This document shows positions 48,071 through 59,378 of a stretch of DNA of 64,000 bases, piece by piece. Numbering within the stretch: the first letter of the stretch is position 1; each line of letters begins with the position of its first letter. The translations under genes and the position numbers were made by a program. A model generated the notes under the pieces. That model was not told the origin of the DNA, did no database searches, and was given only the letters and a program-made list of their open reading frames with translations. Origin of the DNA: an uncultured Thermoleophilia bacterium (GTDB lineage Bacteria; Actinomycetota; Thermoleophilia; UBA2241); the NCBI GenBank assembly GCA_963702475.1, contig CAVPCT010000003.1:896001-960000 (forward strand). Reading direction: 5' to 3'.

Positions 48071-49289
48071 ATGCTGAGCACCTTGATCGACGCAATGGAA
48101 CACGCCAGTCGAGAACTCAGGACGATGCCGGAGAAGGCTGTCCAAGTCTTCCATCACAACGATTCCGATGGGCTCACGTCGGGTGCCATCCTCACCCGCG
48201 CGTTCAAGCGCCAGGGGTACGCGGTCCGACGCTTCTGTCTGGAGAAGCCGTACCCGGCAGTCCTGGAAAGGGTCTTCGAGCAGGAGGGCAAGATCCTCGT
48301 CTTTGCCGACTTTGCCGGCAGGATCGCGCCGCTGCTCTCCGACCTGAACCAGGGAAGAAACCTGACGCTGATCCTGGATCACCATGTGGCTGAAGCCTCG
48401 ACCGATCCGAGAGTAATGAACCTTGACCCGGACCTGTTCGGGTTGAAGGGGGATCGGGACATCTCCGGGTCGACGACCTGCTATCTCTTTGCGTGTACGC
48501 TGGACCCGGTCAATCACGACATGGCGCACATCGCCGCCATCGGTGCGGTGGGCGACGGCTTCTTCGTGGACGGCGAGCTGGTGAGCGAGAACCGCGAGGT
48601 CGCAGTGGAAGCGGCCCGTCAGGGCCTGGTCGAGATCAGGAAGCATGGCGCCGGAGAGCAGTACCTGCTGAACGGTCCACAAGGACAGATGGACCTGATC
48701 GACGTCGGCGACTACCTCGACGTCCTGGGAGGAGTCGGCTACTACCAGGAAGGGCCGGGTACGGGGATCAAGGTCTGCCTTGAAGGGATCTCGCCGGAGT
48801 CGGACCGGATGGTGGAGGAGCTGGAGGCCGTCAGGACGAGCAGATTCGCCGAAGAGATTGCGAGGCTCCGGGCGGGCGCCCTGACGACAGGCGCCGCACA
48901 TCCAGTGGTTTCATGTCGAGTCACGCCTCTTCCCGATGGGTGTGAAGATGGTCGGGGCATTCTGCGATGCCATCAGGGCCGCGGACCTCATCGATCCCCG
49001 CAAGTACATCGCCGGATTCCAGATCATCCCCGATGAGATCCCGGACTTCGGCGCGATCGACTTCAACGAGGTGAAGGTCTCCATGCGGGTCTCCCCCTTC
49101 ATGGAGGGGGAGATCAGGGCGGGACGGGCGATGGGGCTCGACATACTGCTCCCCGAGGCGACGGGCAGGCTCGGGGGGTTCTCAGATGCCTGTCACAGTC
49201 TGACGGCGGCCACCACGGTGGCTGTAGGCAAAGAAGAGCAACTGATAGATGAAATGGAACGCATCCTGGATGGAGAGTCGCATGGCTGA
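48071..49289 (+). CDS. DHH-family phosphoesterase, frameshifted near 48890-48935
   Basis: HHNDSDG, FADF, ILDHH, GAVGD motifs; continues in another frame to 49289. Confidence 0.8.
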
Positions 49290-50215
49290 AGGCACCGGGT
49301 TCGGAAAGACGATCCTGATCGGCGACCAGTTCGTCCTTGACGGAGTCCCGGCGATCGTCTCGTCGATCCCCTTGGAGACCGTGACGACCGTGGAGCGGAT
49401 CGACGGTGAGGGATGGGTCCTCCAGGACGACCGCATCGAGGTCCCCGGCTACAAGGCCAAGAAGCGGGAGCAGCAGGGCGAATCCATCGACAGGATCCTC
49501 GAGGTCATGGGCATCGACGCCGAGAAGACGCCGGTCAAGATCACGGTCGGGGGCACGCTGTTGGCCGGTAGCGGTGTGGGTGCGAGCGCCGCCATCTGCG
49601 TCTCGCTGGCGCGGGCGTTGAATGAAGAATTCGGGCTGGGCTTGGGGATCGAGGAGATCAACCGGGTAGCGTGGCAGGGCGAGTTCCCCTATCACGGGGT
49701 CGCCAGCGGAGTCGACAATACCGCCTCGACCTACGGCGGGCTTCTCCTCTTCTGGCTGGAGGATGGGCAGCAGCATTTCGAGAGGATCATGACCCCACGG
49801 TCCTTTGAGATAGTCCTGGCCAACAGCGGCGTCACGGTCGATACGGCGGCCTTGGACGAGTTCATCGATGAGCAGAAGACGGGCGATCCGGAGCTGTTCG
49901 CGGCGCGTCTCGACGCCATCAGGCCCAGGTCGTCGACATGAAGATGGCGCTTGAAGCCGGCGATCTGGAGAGCGTGGGCAGGATCATGTCCGAGGATCAC
50001 GAGCTCCTGACCGCCATGGGGATGTCCCACGGGACTCTCGACCACATGTGCCGGACAGCCATCGAAAAGGGTGCGTTGGGGGCGAAGGTCACGGGAGGCG
50101 GCAGAGGCGGCTACATGGTCTCGTTGACTCCCGGAGCGGGGCTTCAGGATACGTCGCATCGGCGTTCGAGGCGGACGGACACAAGGTGATCCGGACGATG
50201 ATCGGTGGCAGTTGA
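49282..50215 (+). CDS. Mevalonate kinase-like GHMP kinase, frameshifted near 49930 and 50150
   Basis: GFGKTILIGDQFV..GVPAI, GSGVGASAA, HG..SGVDN..STYGG, GAKVTGGGRGG. Confidence 0.8.
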
Positions 50216-51030
50216 CGCGCCCGCGTCGAGCGGCCTGCCACCCGACACGCTCTTCGCCGGCTCATCTTCGACCTGGACGGCACGGTCTACCTGGGGGAGG
50301 CCTGCTCCACGGCGGGCGAGAGGAGCGTGCCCGCGCGCTCGCGGGGGTGCGCACATCTTCGTCTCCAACAACCCCACACATGCGCGCGAGGACTACGCCG
50401 ACAAGCTCACCCGCTTGGGCGTGCCAACCTCCATCGACGACGTTCTGACTTCATCGCTCGTGCTGGTGGATTTCCTCAAGCGCCGCATGCCGGGTGCCCG
50501 CCTGTTCGTCGTCGGCGAGGAGCCGCTGTGCACTGAGCTGCGCCGTGGCGGGTTCGCACTGACCGAGCAGGCGCACACGTCGATGCGGTGATCGCCAGCT
50601 TTGACCGCACCTTCGTCTACCGCAAGCTGCAGATCGCCTTCGACGCCATCCGGGCCGGAGCGCGCTTCTTCGCCACCAACGCCGACCCCTTCTGCCCGGT
50701 CCCGCGGCGGTGAGCCCGACTGTGCCGCCGTCATCGCCGCGATCGAGGCCTGCACTGGGGCGCAGGTCGAAGCCGTCGTCGGCAAGCCGTCCAGCACATG
50801 ATCGATGCCGCTGTGAAGTTGATGGATCTGCCGGCCGCGACTGCCTGATGACGGGCGACCGGTTGGAGACTGACATCCTGATGGGCCGGGACGCGGCATG
50901 TCCCCGCGCCGCCCGCTGACCGGTGCGACCCCGCATCGCCGTGGCCGGCTCGTCCATCCAGCCGACCTAGTCCTGCGCCTCTCGGCGACCTGTCCTCCGT
51001 ACGCAGTTTTCGACCGGCGCATGATGCCGA
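50205..51030 (+). CDS. HAD-IIA (NagD-like) hydrolase with multiple frameshifts; end approximate
   Basis: FDLDGTVYLG, FVSNN, ATNAD..CP, VGKPS, GDRLETDI spread over several frames. Confidence 0.78.
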
Positions 51031-51436
51031 AAGGCCGTCGTGTCTACGAAGTCGTGTTGTCTTGAGGACGTCTGCGTTGGCGTAGGTCTTTCCTGATGAG
51101 TTGACGTCATGTGTGCTTGGCGTGCTGTTTGTGTTTGTTGCGAGAGCTCGCTGCGTCGGCGCGTGTCTAATCGCTCGCTGTGTCGCTGATCGGTGATGTC
51201 CTCCGCTACGTCCACAGTACACGAGCGTCCGGGGCACTGATCTGGCCTCGACAAACGGCGAATCGCTTGCGCTGCGCTGTAGACTTTCGAGAGGGCCGTG
51301 GGGAGTCCGTCTTCAGAGGGCAGGTCAAGGATCCACGAGTCAGGGGGGATGCTGATGGGGGAAAAGCCTCGCCGACGGGGAACGGCGTGCGAGGTGATGA
51401 GGCCGGCGCACCATGATCCTAGGGTCTGGAGGGACG

Positions 51437-52564
51437 ATGCTCACTTTCCGCAAGTTGAGTCTGGTGATGGCGATCGCGCTGTCCGCTGTGCTTCTGGTTA
51501 GCTGTGGCGGCATGCGGTTCGTCGGACGGCACCGAGGGAGAGACGCCATCTGTTGCGGCGACGGCGACTTCCGTGGCAGATTTCGGCGACTTGGACGCGC
51601 TCATCGCGGCCGCCAAGGAAGAGGGGACGCTCAACGTGATCGCCCTGCCTCCGGACTGGGCGAACTACGGCGAGATGATCTCCACCTTCGAGTCCAAGTA
51701 CGGGATCAAGATCAACTCGGCGCAGCCCGACGGCAGCAGCCAGGACGAGATCAATGCGCCCACCCAGCTGAAGGGCACGGATCGCGCTCCGGACGTCTTC
51801 GACTGGGTGGCAGCGTGGCTCTCGCCAACACGAGCATGTTCGCCCTACAAGGTCGCTGCGTGGGATCAGATACCCGAGAGCTTGAAGGATCCAACGGCCT
51901 GTGGGTGAGCGACTACACCGGCTACATGTCGATCGGGTACAACGCCGACAAGGTGCCGGAGCCTGACCACGATCAACGACCTGCTCAAGCCCGCGTACAA
52001 GGGCACGGTCGCCCTCAACGGCAACCCGACGCAGGCTTCTGCGGGCTTCAACGGCGTGGTCATGGCCACGATCGCGAACGGCGGCTCGGCTGACGACTTC
52101 GCTCCGGGCGTGGACTTCTTCTCGGAGCTGAACAAGGCCGGCAACCTCTTGCCCGTGGATCCGACTCCGGCGACGATCGCCTCGGGACAGACCCGATCGT
52201 CATCGATTGGGACTACAACAACGTCGCGCAGACCGCTGCGCTCGAGGGCAAGGTCGACTGGAAGGTCGTCGTGCCCGCGAACGAGGTCGTGCCGCCTACT
52301 ACAACGAGGCGATCAACATCGACGCGCCGCACCCCGCGGCGGCGCGACTGTGGCAGGAGTTCGTGTTCTCGCCCGAGGGTCAGAACATCTGGCTCAAGGG
52401 AGCCGCTCGCCCGGTCCTCCTCGACTGATGATAGAGGACGGGACGGTCGAAGGTGGCTCTTAGCGCTGCCCGACCGCGGTCGGGACGCCGGTCACGCTCA
52501 CCCAGTCTCAGATTGAGGCGGGGCAGAGTACCTGCTCGCCAACTGGAACCAGGCGGTGCAGTGA
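51437..52564 (+). CDS. ABC importer substrate-binding lipoprotein (PotD/AfuA-like), multiple frameshifts
   Basis: VAAC lipobox, AAKEEG.LNVIALPPDWANYG, DY.GYMSIGY, APHPAAARLW.EF. Confidence 0.78.
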
Positions 52565-53514
52565 CCCAGGGCGCTGACGTTCCCTTGGCTGCTGTCGGGG
52601 ACCATGCTCCAGGCGCGGGCGGGGCGGCTACCCGCCCGCGCCGCCAGGCGGTGCTCTGAGGTCGCTGCGACCGACGAGTCGCCAGCTCGGAGTGGTCCCC
52701 TTCTTCGTGTACATCGCGATATTTCTGCTCTGGCCGACGATCATCGTGATCGCCGGCGCGTTCCAGAGCAGCGACGGCCAGCTGACCCTCGACAACATCA
52801 AGACGGTCCTGGGAACCAGCGCCTATCTCCAGGCGTTCTGGTATTCGATCAAGCTCTCGGTCGTGACCGCCCTGGCCGGCGGCGTGTTCGGTGCGCTGCT
52901 GGCCTGGGCGGTCGCCGAGGGCAATCCACACGGCGTGTTTCGCCGTCAAGCGGTGGCTTGGTCTGGTGTGCTGGCCCAGTTCGGCGGAGTGATGCTCGCC
53001 TTCGCGTTCCTGGCCACGTTCGGCTACGCCGGCGTGATCACTTGGGCCTGCAGAGCGTGGCGGGAGTAGACCCCCTCGCCATCGGTGGCTGGATCTACAG
53101 CTTCACCGGCCTCGCGGTCGTCTACACGTTCTTCCAGATCCCGTTGATGGTCCTGATCTTTCTTCCGGCCGTCGACGGCCTTCAGGTGCAGTGGCGTGAG
53201 GCGTCGGACAACCTCGGCGGAGGCTCCTGGGTCTACTGGCGGTATGTGGCGGGGCCGATCCTCGCCCGAGCTTCGTGGCCGGCTTGCTGCTCCTCTTCGT
53301 CAGTGCCTTCTCCGCGTATGCGACGGCTGCCGCCCTCATCAGTCAGGGAAGCCCGATCGTGCCCCTGCAGATCCGCACCTTCCTTCAGAGCGAGGTGGTC
53401 CTGGGTCAGGCCAACGTGGGCAAGGCCCTGGCGTTCGGCATGGTCGTGGTCGTTGCCGTCGTGATGTCGCTGTACGCCTTGCTGCAGCGAAGGGGTGCCA
53501 AATGGCGCGCCTAG
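52561..53514 (+). CDS. ABC importer permease 1, frameshifted
   Basis: TM segments, FGGV.LAFAF, YTFFQIPLM, WREAS..LG EAA loop. Confidence 0.75.
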
Positions 53515-54356
53515 CAAAGGCTCGAGCATCCGGCGGTTCCCGCCGGACCTGGTCTCGGACTCTCGTGAGATGGATCGTGCTCACGGTCGTCGGCGCCTAC
53601 CTGCTCGTGCCCCTCCTGTCCATGTTGGACTTCTCGACCGGGGCGCAGGCTCGAGCCGCACCCTGGAAGCCTGGACGGCCATCGCCGGCTATACGGAACT
53701 GGTCAGCGCGATCGCCGTGACTCTCGAGCTTGCCGTACTCACTGTGGCAGGGATGCTGTGCCTCCTGGTGCCGACGATGGTGTGGGTGCACCTGCGCCTG
53801 CCCGGTGTGCGTCGCGTGATGGAGTTCTTCTGTCTGCTGCCGCTGACGATCCCGGCCATCGTGCTCGTCGTGGGGCTGGCGCCGGTGTTCTCTTGGCTTG
53901 CATACTCTTCGGGGACACCCCGCTGGTCCTGGCGTTCGTCTTCGTCGTCCTCGTCATGCCGTTCGCCTACCGCGCCATCGACGCGGGGTTGCGGGCCGTG
54001 GACATCGAGACCCTGTCGGAGGCCGCGCTGGTCTGGGCGCTACGTGGTGGGGCACCCTGTTCCGGATCGTGATACCGAGCATTCGGGGAGCGCTCCTCTC
54101 CGCCGCGGTCCTCTCCATCGCGCTCGTCATGGGCGAATACACCATCGCGTCATTGCTCAACTACAACACGCTGCAGGTCGTCCTGTACCAGGTGGGATTG
54201 CGGGACGCCGCGGTGTCCGTCGCGGTGTCGCTGGCAGCCCTCATCTTCGGCTTCGTCCTGCTCTTCATCGTGTCATCCGCGGGCTCTCGACGTCGCGGAG
54301 CTTCTGATCGTGAGGAATCGACCCTGGCACCCCTGGAAGGAGGCCTGCAGCAGTGA
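53502..54356 (+). CDS. ABC importer permease 2, frameshifted
   Basis: LPLTIPAIVLVVG, PFAYRAID.GL..VD..TL.EAA, GEYTIASLL. Confidence 0.75.
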
Positions 54357-55470
54357 CTTCCCAGATCGAAAGGACTGGTGGTGTGGATCGCTCCACTGGC
54401 TCGGGTGTCGCACTGCAGCTCGTCGAGCTCCGCCGGTCGTGGGGTGCCGTTCGCGCTCTCGATGGGCTGTCCCTCGATATCGCGGCGGGCGAGCTCGTGG
54501 CCTTCCTTGGGCCCTCCGGCTGCGGGAAGACAACAGCATTGAGGATCATCGCGGGGCTCGACGAAGCCGATTCGGGCGAGGTCCTCGTGGAAGGCGAGGA
54601 CATCTGCCGCGTCCGCGCAAGTCGGCGGGGCATGGGCATGGTCCATCAGGCCTACAGCTTGTTTCCCAACATGACGGCTCGCGACAACGTCGCTTTTGGA
54701 CTGCTGATGCGAAAGGTGGGAAAGACCGAGCGGCGTCGTCGCGCGAACGACCTCCTCGAGCTCGTCGGCCTGGGCGCGCAGGCTGGCCGCTACCCGAGTG
54801 AGATGTCCGGTGGGCAACAGCAGCGAGTTGCACTGGCGCGAGCGCTCGCCATCGAGCCGAGGGTGCTGCTCCTGGATGAGCCCTGTCCGCGCTCGATGCC
54901 AAGGTGCGCGGCGAGCTCCGCGACGAGATCCGGCGTATCCAGGTCGAGGTCGGCACCACGACCATCTTCGTGACACACGACCAGGAGGAGGCGTTTGCGC
55001 TGGCCGACCGGGTAGCGGTGATGCACCTCGGTCGGCTCGAACAGGTGGCGCCTCCTACGGAGATCTACCAGAGGCCGCGGACGGCGTTCGTGGCTGAGTT
55101 CGTCGGTCTGACCAATCGGCTGCCGGGAGTGGCAAGGGGCGGCATGGTCGAAGTCCTGGACAGCCAGGTGCCGTTGCTCGATGGATCCGCGGAGTCCGGC
55201 GACGTGACGGTGCTGGTGCGACCTGAGTCGATACAGATCACGCCATCCCCTGATGGCGGCGCTACGGTAGCTTCAATGAGCTTCCGAGGGGCGATCTGCC
55301 TGCTTCGCATCCGGCTTGCCGCCGGGAATGTCGTGCTGGTGCAGGTGCCGAGCGCGGAGAGCGCCGAGCTTGCTCTCGGCGCTTCCGTCCGCGCGACCAT
55401 GCGGCCTGTCCACGTTCTTGCCGTGACCGCGGCATCCGGCCGGGATGAACAGTCAGGCGCCGGCGAGTGA
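54353..55470 (+). CDS. ABC ATPase (PotA-like with TOBE domain), one frameshift at about 54883
   Basis: GPSGCGKTT, MSGGQQQRVALARALA, LLLDEP/LSALD, VTHDQEEA. Confidence 0.85.
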
Positions 55471-55794
55471 TGGGCGGACTCGCCGCAGGATGAGAAACGG
55501 CAGGCGTCATTGAGCGCCATGGTATGGAGCTCGTGATGACCGCAGGCGCTCTCTGCCGCATCGATCTCCGCAAGCAGGATCCATTGCAGCCTCAACGGGA
55601 TCGGCGCGAAGGTCCCTGACTTGACGCAGTCTCCCGCCACCCTCGCCCTTTGCGACGTCGTGAGTGCCCTCGAGGAGCCGCTTCATCGTGAGTAGCACCT
55701 TCGGTGCTCCCGAGGGCGCAGACGGTGGCTGTGCCGAGCGGCGTGCAGGCGAAGCGCACCCACCGACGCGCTCCGGTAGGCCTGCATCCTGCTC

Positions 55795-55945
55795 TCTTTC
55801 GCCGGGATCCGTCGCGCTGGTCTTGGCCGCCGGCACGGCCGCCGGCGGCTCGCTCGCGGGGAACCTGCTGGTGCTCGTCGCCTCGCTCTCGACTGCGGTC
55901 TTCAGCCTCCTCGCCCGGCGCGCTCATCCCTGTGCGGGTCAGGTA
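55795..55945 (+). pseudogene. Possible EamA/DMT transporter fragment
   Basis: VALVL...GSLAGNLLVLVASLSTAVFSLLARR resembles the start of the second EamA repeat; no full ORF. Confidence 0.4.
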
Positions 55946-56300
55946 GACAGCAACAGCTTCACACCTGGGCTGGGAACGGGCGACGTTCACTCTGGCGTGG
56001 GGCTACAGGGCGTCGAGCAGCGATCGCAGTTCGTGGCCAAGGTTCGAGCGTTGTCCACTGAGGTGCACCAGTCACCCGTACCGGCACGCCTCGGCCACCC
56101 TGCACTTCCCCGCCGCGACTGCCTCGTACCGCTCACCCAAACGCGCGGCGGCGGTGGCCGCTCAGCTCCTCGAACCTGCTCGCCCGTACAGGCGGAGCGC
56201 CGGCAGGTCGTCGCGCTGGATCTGGAGGTGGGGTGGAGAGGCGCCCCGCGACTCGGCCTGTCCGGCACCGGCGCCACTCCTCGCTCCGGCGCGGCCTCGC

Positions 56301-57050
56301 CTACTTGTCCCAGGAGTGGTCGCCGTCGAGACGACCGTCGACCAGCTGCATCACCCGGTCGCTGCTGTCGATGAGGCGGGCGTCGTGGGTGACCACCAGC
56401 ACCGCCCGCCCCTCCTCTGCGGCGATCTCGCGGAACAGCGCCAGCACATTTCGCCCGCTCTTGGAGTCCAGATTGGCGGTGGGTTCGTCGGCCAGCAGCA
56501 GGGGCGGGTCGTTGATGAGCGCCCGCCCCAGCGCCACGCGCTGCTTCTCGCCGGCGGAGAGCTGTTCGGGGAGGTGTTTCAGACGTTCGCCGAGTCCCAG
56601 GCGCTCGAGCACTGCGGCGGCCCGCCGGCGGCGCTTGCGCACGCTCACGCCGGCCAGCGACGCCGGCAGGGCCACGTTGTCCAGTGCGTTGAGGGCGGGG
56701 AAGAGGTTGAACGACTGGAACACGAAGCCGATCTTCATCAGGCGGACGTGGGCCAGCTCCCGCGCCTTGCGCCTGCTGAGCGGCATGCCGTGCAGGTAGA
56801 CCTCGCCGGAGCTGGCGGTGAGCATGGCGCCGGCGATCATGAGCAGCGTGGTCTTTCCCGAGCCGGACGGCCCGATGATGAGGGCCAGCTCGCCCTGGTC
56901 GAGGCGCAGGTCGACGTCGGTGAGGGCGTCGACCTGCGCCGCCCCGCTGCCGAACACGCGGCCCACGTGGTCCAGTTGCAGCATGGGCACGCCGGAGAGC
57001 GGTGTCCCTCCGTTGCCCCGCTCGAAAGGTCCGCTACGCTGGCTTCTCAT
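56301..57050 (-). CDS. ABC exporter ATPase (LolD/MacB/DevA-like)
   Basis: GPSGSGKTT, IGFVFQSFNL, LSAGEKQRV, ADEPTANLDS, VTHD. Confidence 0.92.
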   Translation of the reverse strand: MRSQRSGPFERGNGGTPLSGVPMLQLDHVGRVFGSGAAQVDALTDVDLRLDQGELALIIGPSGSGKTTLLMIAGAMLTASSGEVYLHGMPLSRRKARELAHVRLMKIGFVFQSFNLFPALNALDNVALPASLAGVSVRKRRRRAAAVLERLGLGERLKHLPEQLSAGEKQRVALGRALINDPPLLLADEPTANLDSKSGRNVLALFREIAAEEGRAVLVVTHDARLIDSSDRVMQLVDGRLDGDHSWDK

Positions 57051-58162
57051 GCTCTGAACACCACCGCGGGGTCCACCTGGGCGATCTTGCGCAGCGGCGC
57101 GAACGCGGCGATCAGCCCCATGAGGAGCGCCGCGATGCCCACCAGCACGAGGTCGCGCGTGGTGATGTTGGTGATGAACTGAGGAACCCACTCCTCGGCG
57201 CCCTTTGCCGCCAGCATGGAGACGCCCACGCCCACGGCGTAGCCGGCCAGGGCGGAGAAGATGGCCTGCACGGCGACCACCACGAGCATCTGGCGCGTGC
57301 GTGCGCCCACCGCCTTGAGCACGCCGTACTCGCGCCGGTGCTCGAGCACGGCCGAGTAGATGGTGAGGCCGATGACGGCGACGCCGATGAAGAAGCCGAT
57401 GACCAGCAGCACCCCGAGCACCGGCAGGAACCCTTCGTTCACCACGCGCCGGTTGGCCTTGATCATCTGCGAGAGCGACTTGACCGTCGCGGTCACGTCC
57501 ATGGACTCGACCTGGTCCCTGACGAAGCCGGGCGCGACGTCCTCGTCGTAGGTGAGGAGGAAGCCCGTCACGATGTCCTGTGTCTCGAGCAGCTTCCGCG
57601 CGCGCCAACGGGTGACGAAGCCGTACTGGAACACCACCATGTCGCCGCCGGCGCTGATGCCCGCGATCTCGAGCCTCTGGTCGTTGATGTCCAGCACGTC
57701 GCCGAGGCCGACGCCGTACTTCTTGGCGAACACGCGGTCGACGACGATCTGCCTGTTGGTGATGGCGCTCGTCCCGGCCACCATGGCCACCGGCCCCGGG
57801 CCGGGTCCGTCGCGGTCGGGATCGAAGCCGACGATGTACAGCACCACGTCCCGGCTGCCGATCTTGAAGCCCACTTGCCGGGCGGTGTACGGGACGGCCT
57901 CATCCACGCCGTAGATGTCTTCGAGGTGGTCGCCGAGCTCCTCGGGCAGTACCGAGTACGAGAACAGCAGGTCGGCGCTGCCCTGCTGCAGCACCCACGC
58001 GTTGACGTCCATGGACTCGTAGTAGTCCCCGACCTTGGTCTCGTAGGCCAGATACAGGCCCCGCAGGAGCACGATGAGGGTGACGGCGAACGCCACGCCG
58101 CCGATGGAGATGACGAGGCGGGCCTTCTCCTTGAACAGGTTCTTTCGAGCGAGCGTGAACAT
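57047..58162 (-). CDS. ABC exporter permease (FtsX/MacB/DevC-like)
   Basis: LARKNLF....R...SIGGVAFA; EYGVLKAVGA; C-terminal DPA.VFR. Confidence 0.9.
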   Translation of the reverse strand: MFTLARKNLFKEKARLVISIGGVAFAVTLIVLLRGLYLAYETKVGDYYESMDVNAWVLQQGSADLLFSYSVLPEELGDHLEDIYGVDEAVPYTARQVGFKIGSRDVVLYIVGFDPDRDGPGPGPVAMVAGTSAITNRQIVVDRVFAKKYGVGLGDVLDINDQRLEIAGISAGGDMVVFQYGFVTRWRARKLLETQDIVTGFLLTYDEDVAPGFVRDQVESMDVTATVKSLSQMIKANRRVVNEGFLPVLGVLLVIGFFIGVAVIGLTIYSAVLEHRREYGVLKAVGARTRQMLVVVAVQAIFSALAGYAVGVGVSMLAAKGAEEWVPQFITNITTRDLVLVGIAALLMGLIAAFAPLRKIAQVDPAVVFRA

Positions 58163-58337
58163 CCGCAGGCCCCGCCCCGGGTCGCCTCCACTGGCGGGAT
58201 TCTATCAGCCGCCCGCCCGGGACGGCGGGCGGATGTGCCCCGGATACCCCTGCGGGTTTCGTGCGCGGTTAACCGCGCCGGCTCTCCGGCCGATAGAATG
58301 AGCGATCACGACGACAGGCGGATGAAGGGACACGGCG

Positions 58338-59378
58338 TTGGTGTACGGCGCCAGATTCGAGGCTGTAGGGGCGGTCGTTCCGGAGCGGCGGGTCTCGTCC
58401 CGCGACCTCATGGCACGCGTCAGCACGCGCGGTCGCGTGAGCCTGGAGGGGCTCACCGGCATCCGCGAGAGGCGCGTGTGCGGCGAGGGGGAGGACTCGT
58501 ACACGCTCGCGGTCGGCGCCGCTGAGGAGTGCCTGCGGCACTCCGCCTACGGCGCCGAGGACCTCGACATGCTGCTCAGCTGTTCCATCTCGCGCTTCAA
58601 GGACGGCCTCAAGTTCATGTTCGAGCCGCCGCTGTCGCTCTACGTGCGTGAGGCCATCGGCGCGCGACGGGCGATCGCGTTCGACGTCGCCAACGCCTGC
58701 GCCGGCATGCTCACCGGCGTGTACATCCTCACCGACTTTGTCCGGCGGGGAGTCATCCGCCGGGGCATGGTCGTCTCCGGCGAGTACATCACGTCGCTCA
58801 GCGAGAACGCCGTGCCGCACGTGAGGACGGTGCTCAGTCGCCAGCTGGCCTCGCTCAGCCTGGGCGACTGCGGCGCGGCCGCGATCGTCGAGCGCTGCGA
58901 CTCGTGCGCCGACGCCCTCATCACCAGCGGGTTCGTCACGGTGGCTCGGCACAACAGGCTGTGCATCGGCGGGGCGAGCGAGACGGCGCCCGGCGGCGAG
59001 ATGATCACGCACGCACGCAAGCTGCACGAGGCGGCCATCACGTCGTCGCCGCCCGTGCTCGAGCGCGCCCTGCAGGAGTGGGGCAAAGAGCTCGGCGACA
59101 TAGACCACGTGATCCCGCATCAGACCTCCAGCAGGGCCATCGCTTCGGCCCAGCTGCTCATGCAGCGCAGGTTCGGCTCGGCCCCGCGCAACGTCGTCGT
59201 CAACGTCGAGGACTACGGCAACACGGCCAGCACCTCGCACTTTCTCGCCATGTACCGTCTGCTCCAGGAGAAGCGCTTCAAGCACGGCGAGAACGTCATG
59301 CTCGTGGCACTCGCATCCGGGCTCGTGATGGGCGTCGTGGGCTTCACGATGGACGCCATGGTCGAGCAGTATGGGTAG
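58338..59378 (+). CDS. 3-oxoacyl-ACP synthase III / OleA-like condensing enzyme (Cys-His-Asn intact)
   Basis: TGI.ERR, EP motif, FDVANACAG, PHQTS, YGNTAS. Confidence 0.9.
   Translation: MVYGARFEAVGAVVPERRVSSRDLMARVSTRGRVSLEGLTGIRERRVCGEGEDSYTLAVGAAEECLRHSAYGAEDLDMLLSCSISRFKDGLKFMFEPPLSLYVREAIGARRAIAFDVANACAGMLTGVYILTDFVRRGVIRRGMVVSGEYITSLSENAVPHVRTVLSRQLASLSLGDCGAAAIVERCDSCADALITSGFVTVARHNRLCIGGASETAPGGEMITHARKLHEAAITSSPPVLERALQEWGKELGDIDHVIPHQTSSRAIASAQLLMQRRFGSAPRNVVVNVEDYGNTASTSHFLAMYRLLQEKRFKHGENVMLVALASGLVMGVVGFTMDAMVEQYG

Noticed and set aside
51020-51110. Hammerhead ribozyme (GAAA and CTGATGAG present)
   Set aside because: Stems II and III could not be paired around the core.
47430-51240. 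attR duplicate of the tRNA 3' end (TCCTTCCGG near 47432; TCCGGGGCAC near 51228)
   Set aside because: The matches are only 9-10 bp, as expected by chance in GC-rich DNA.
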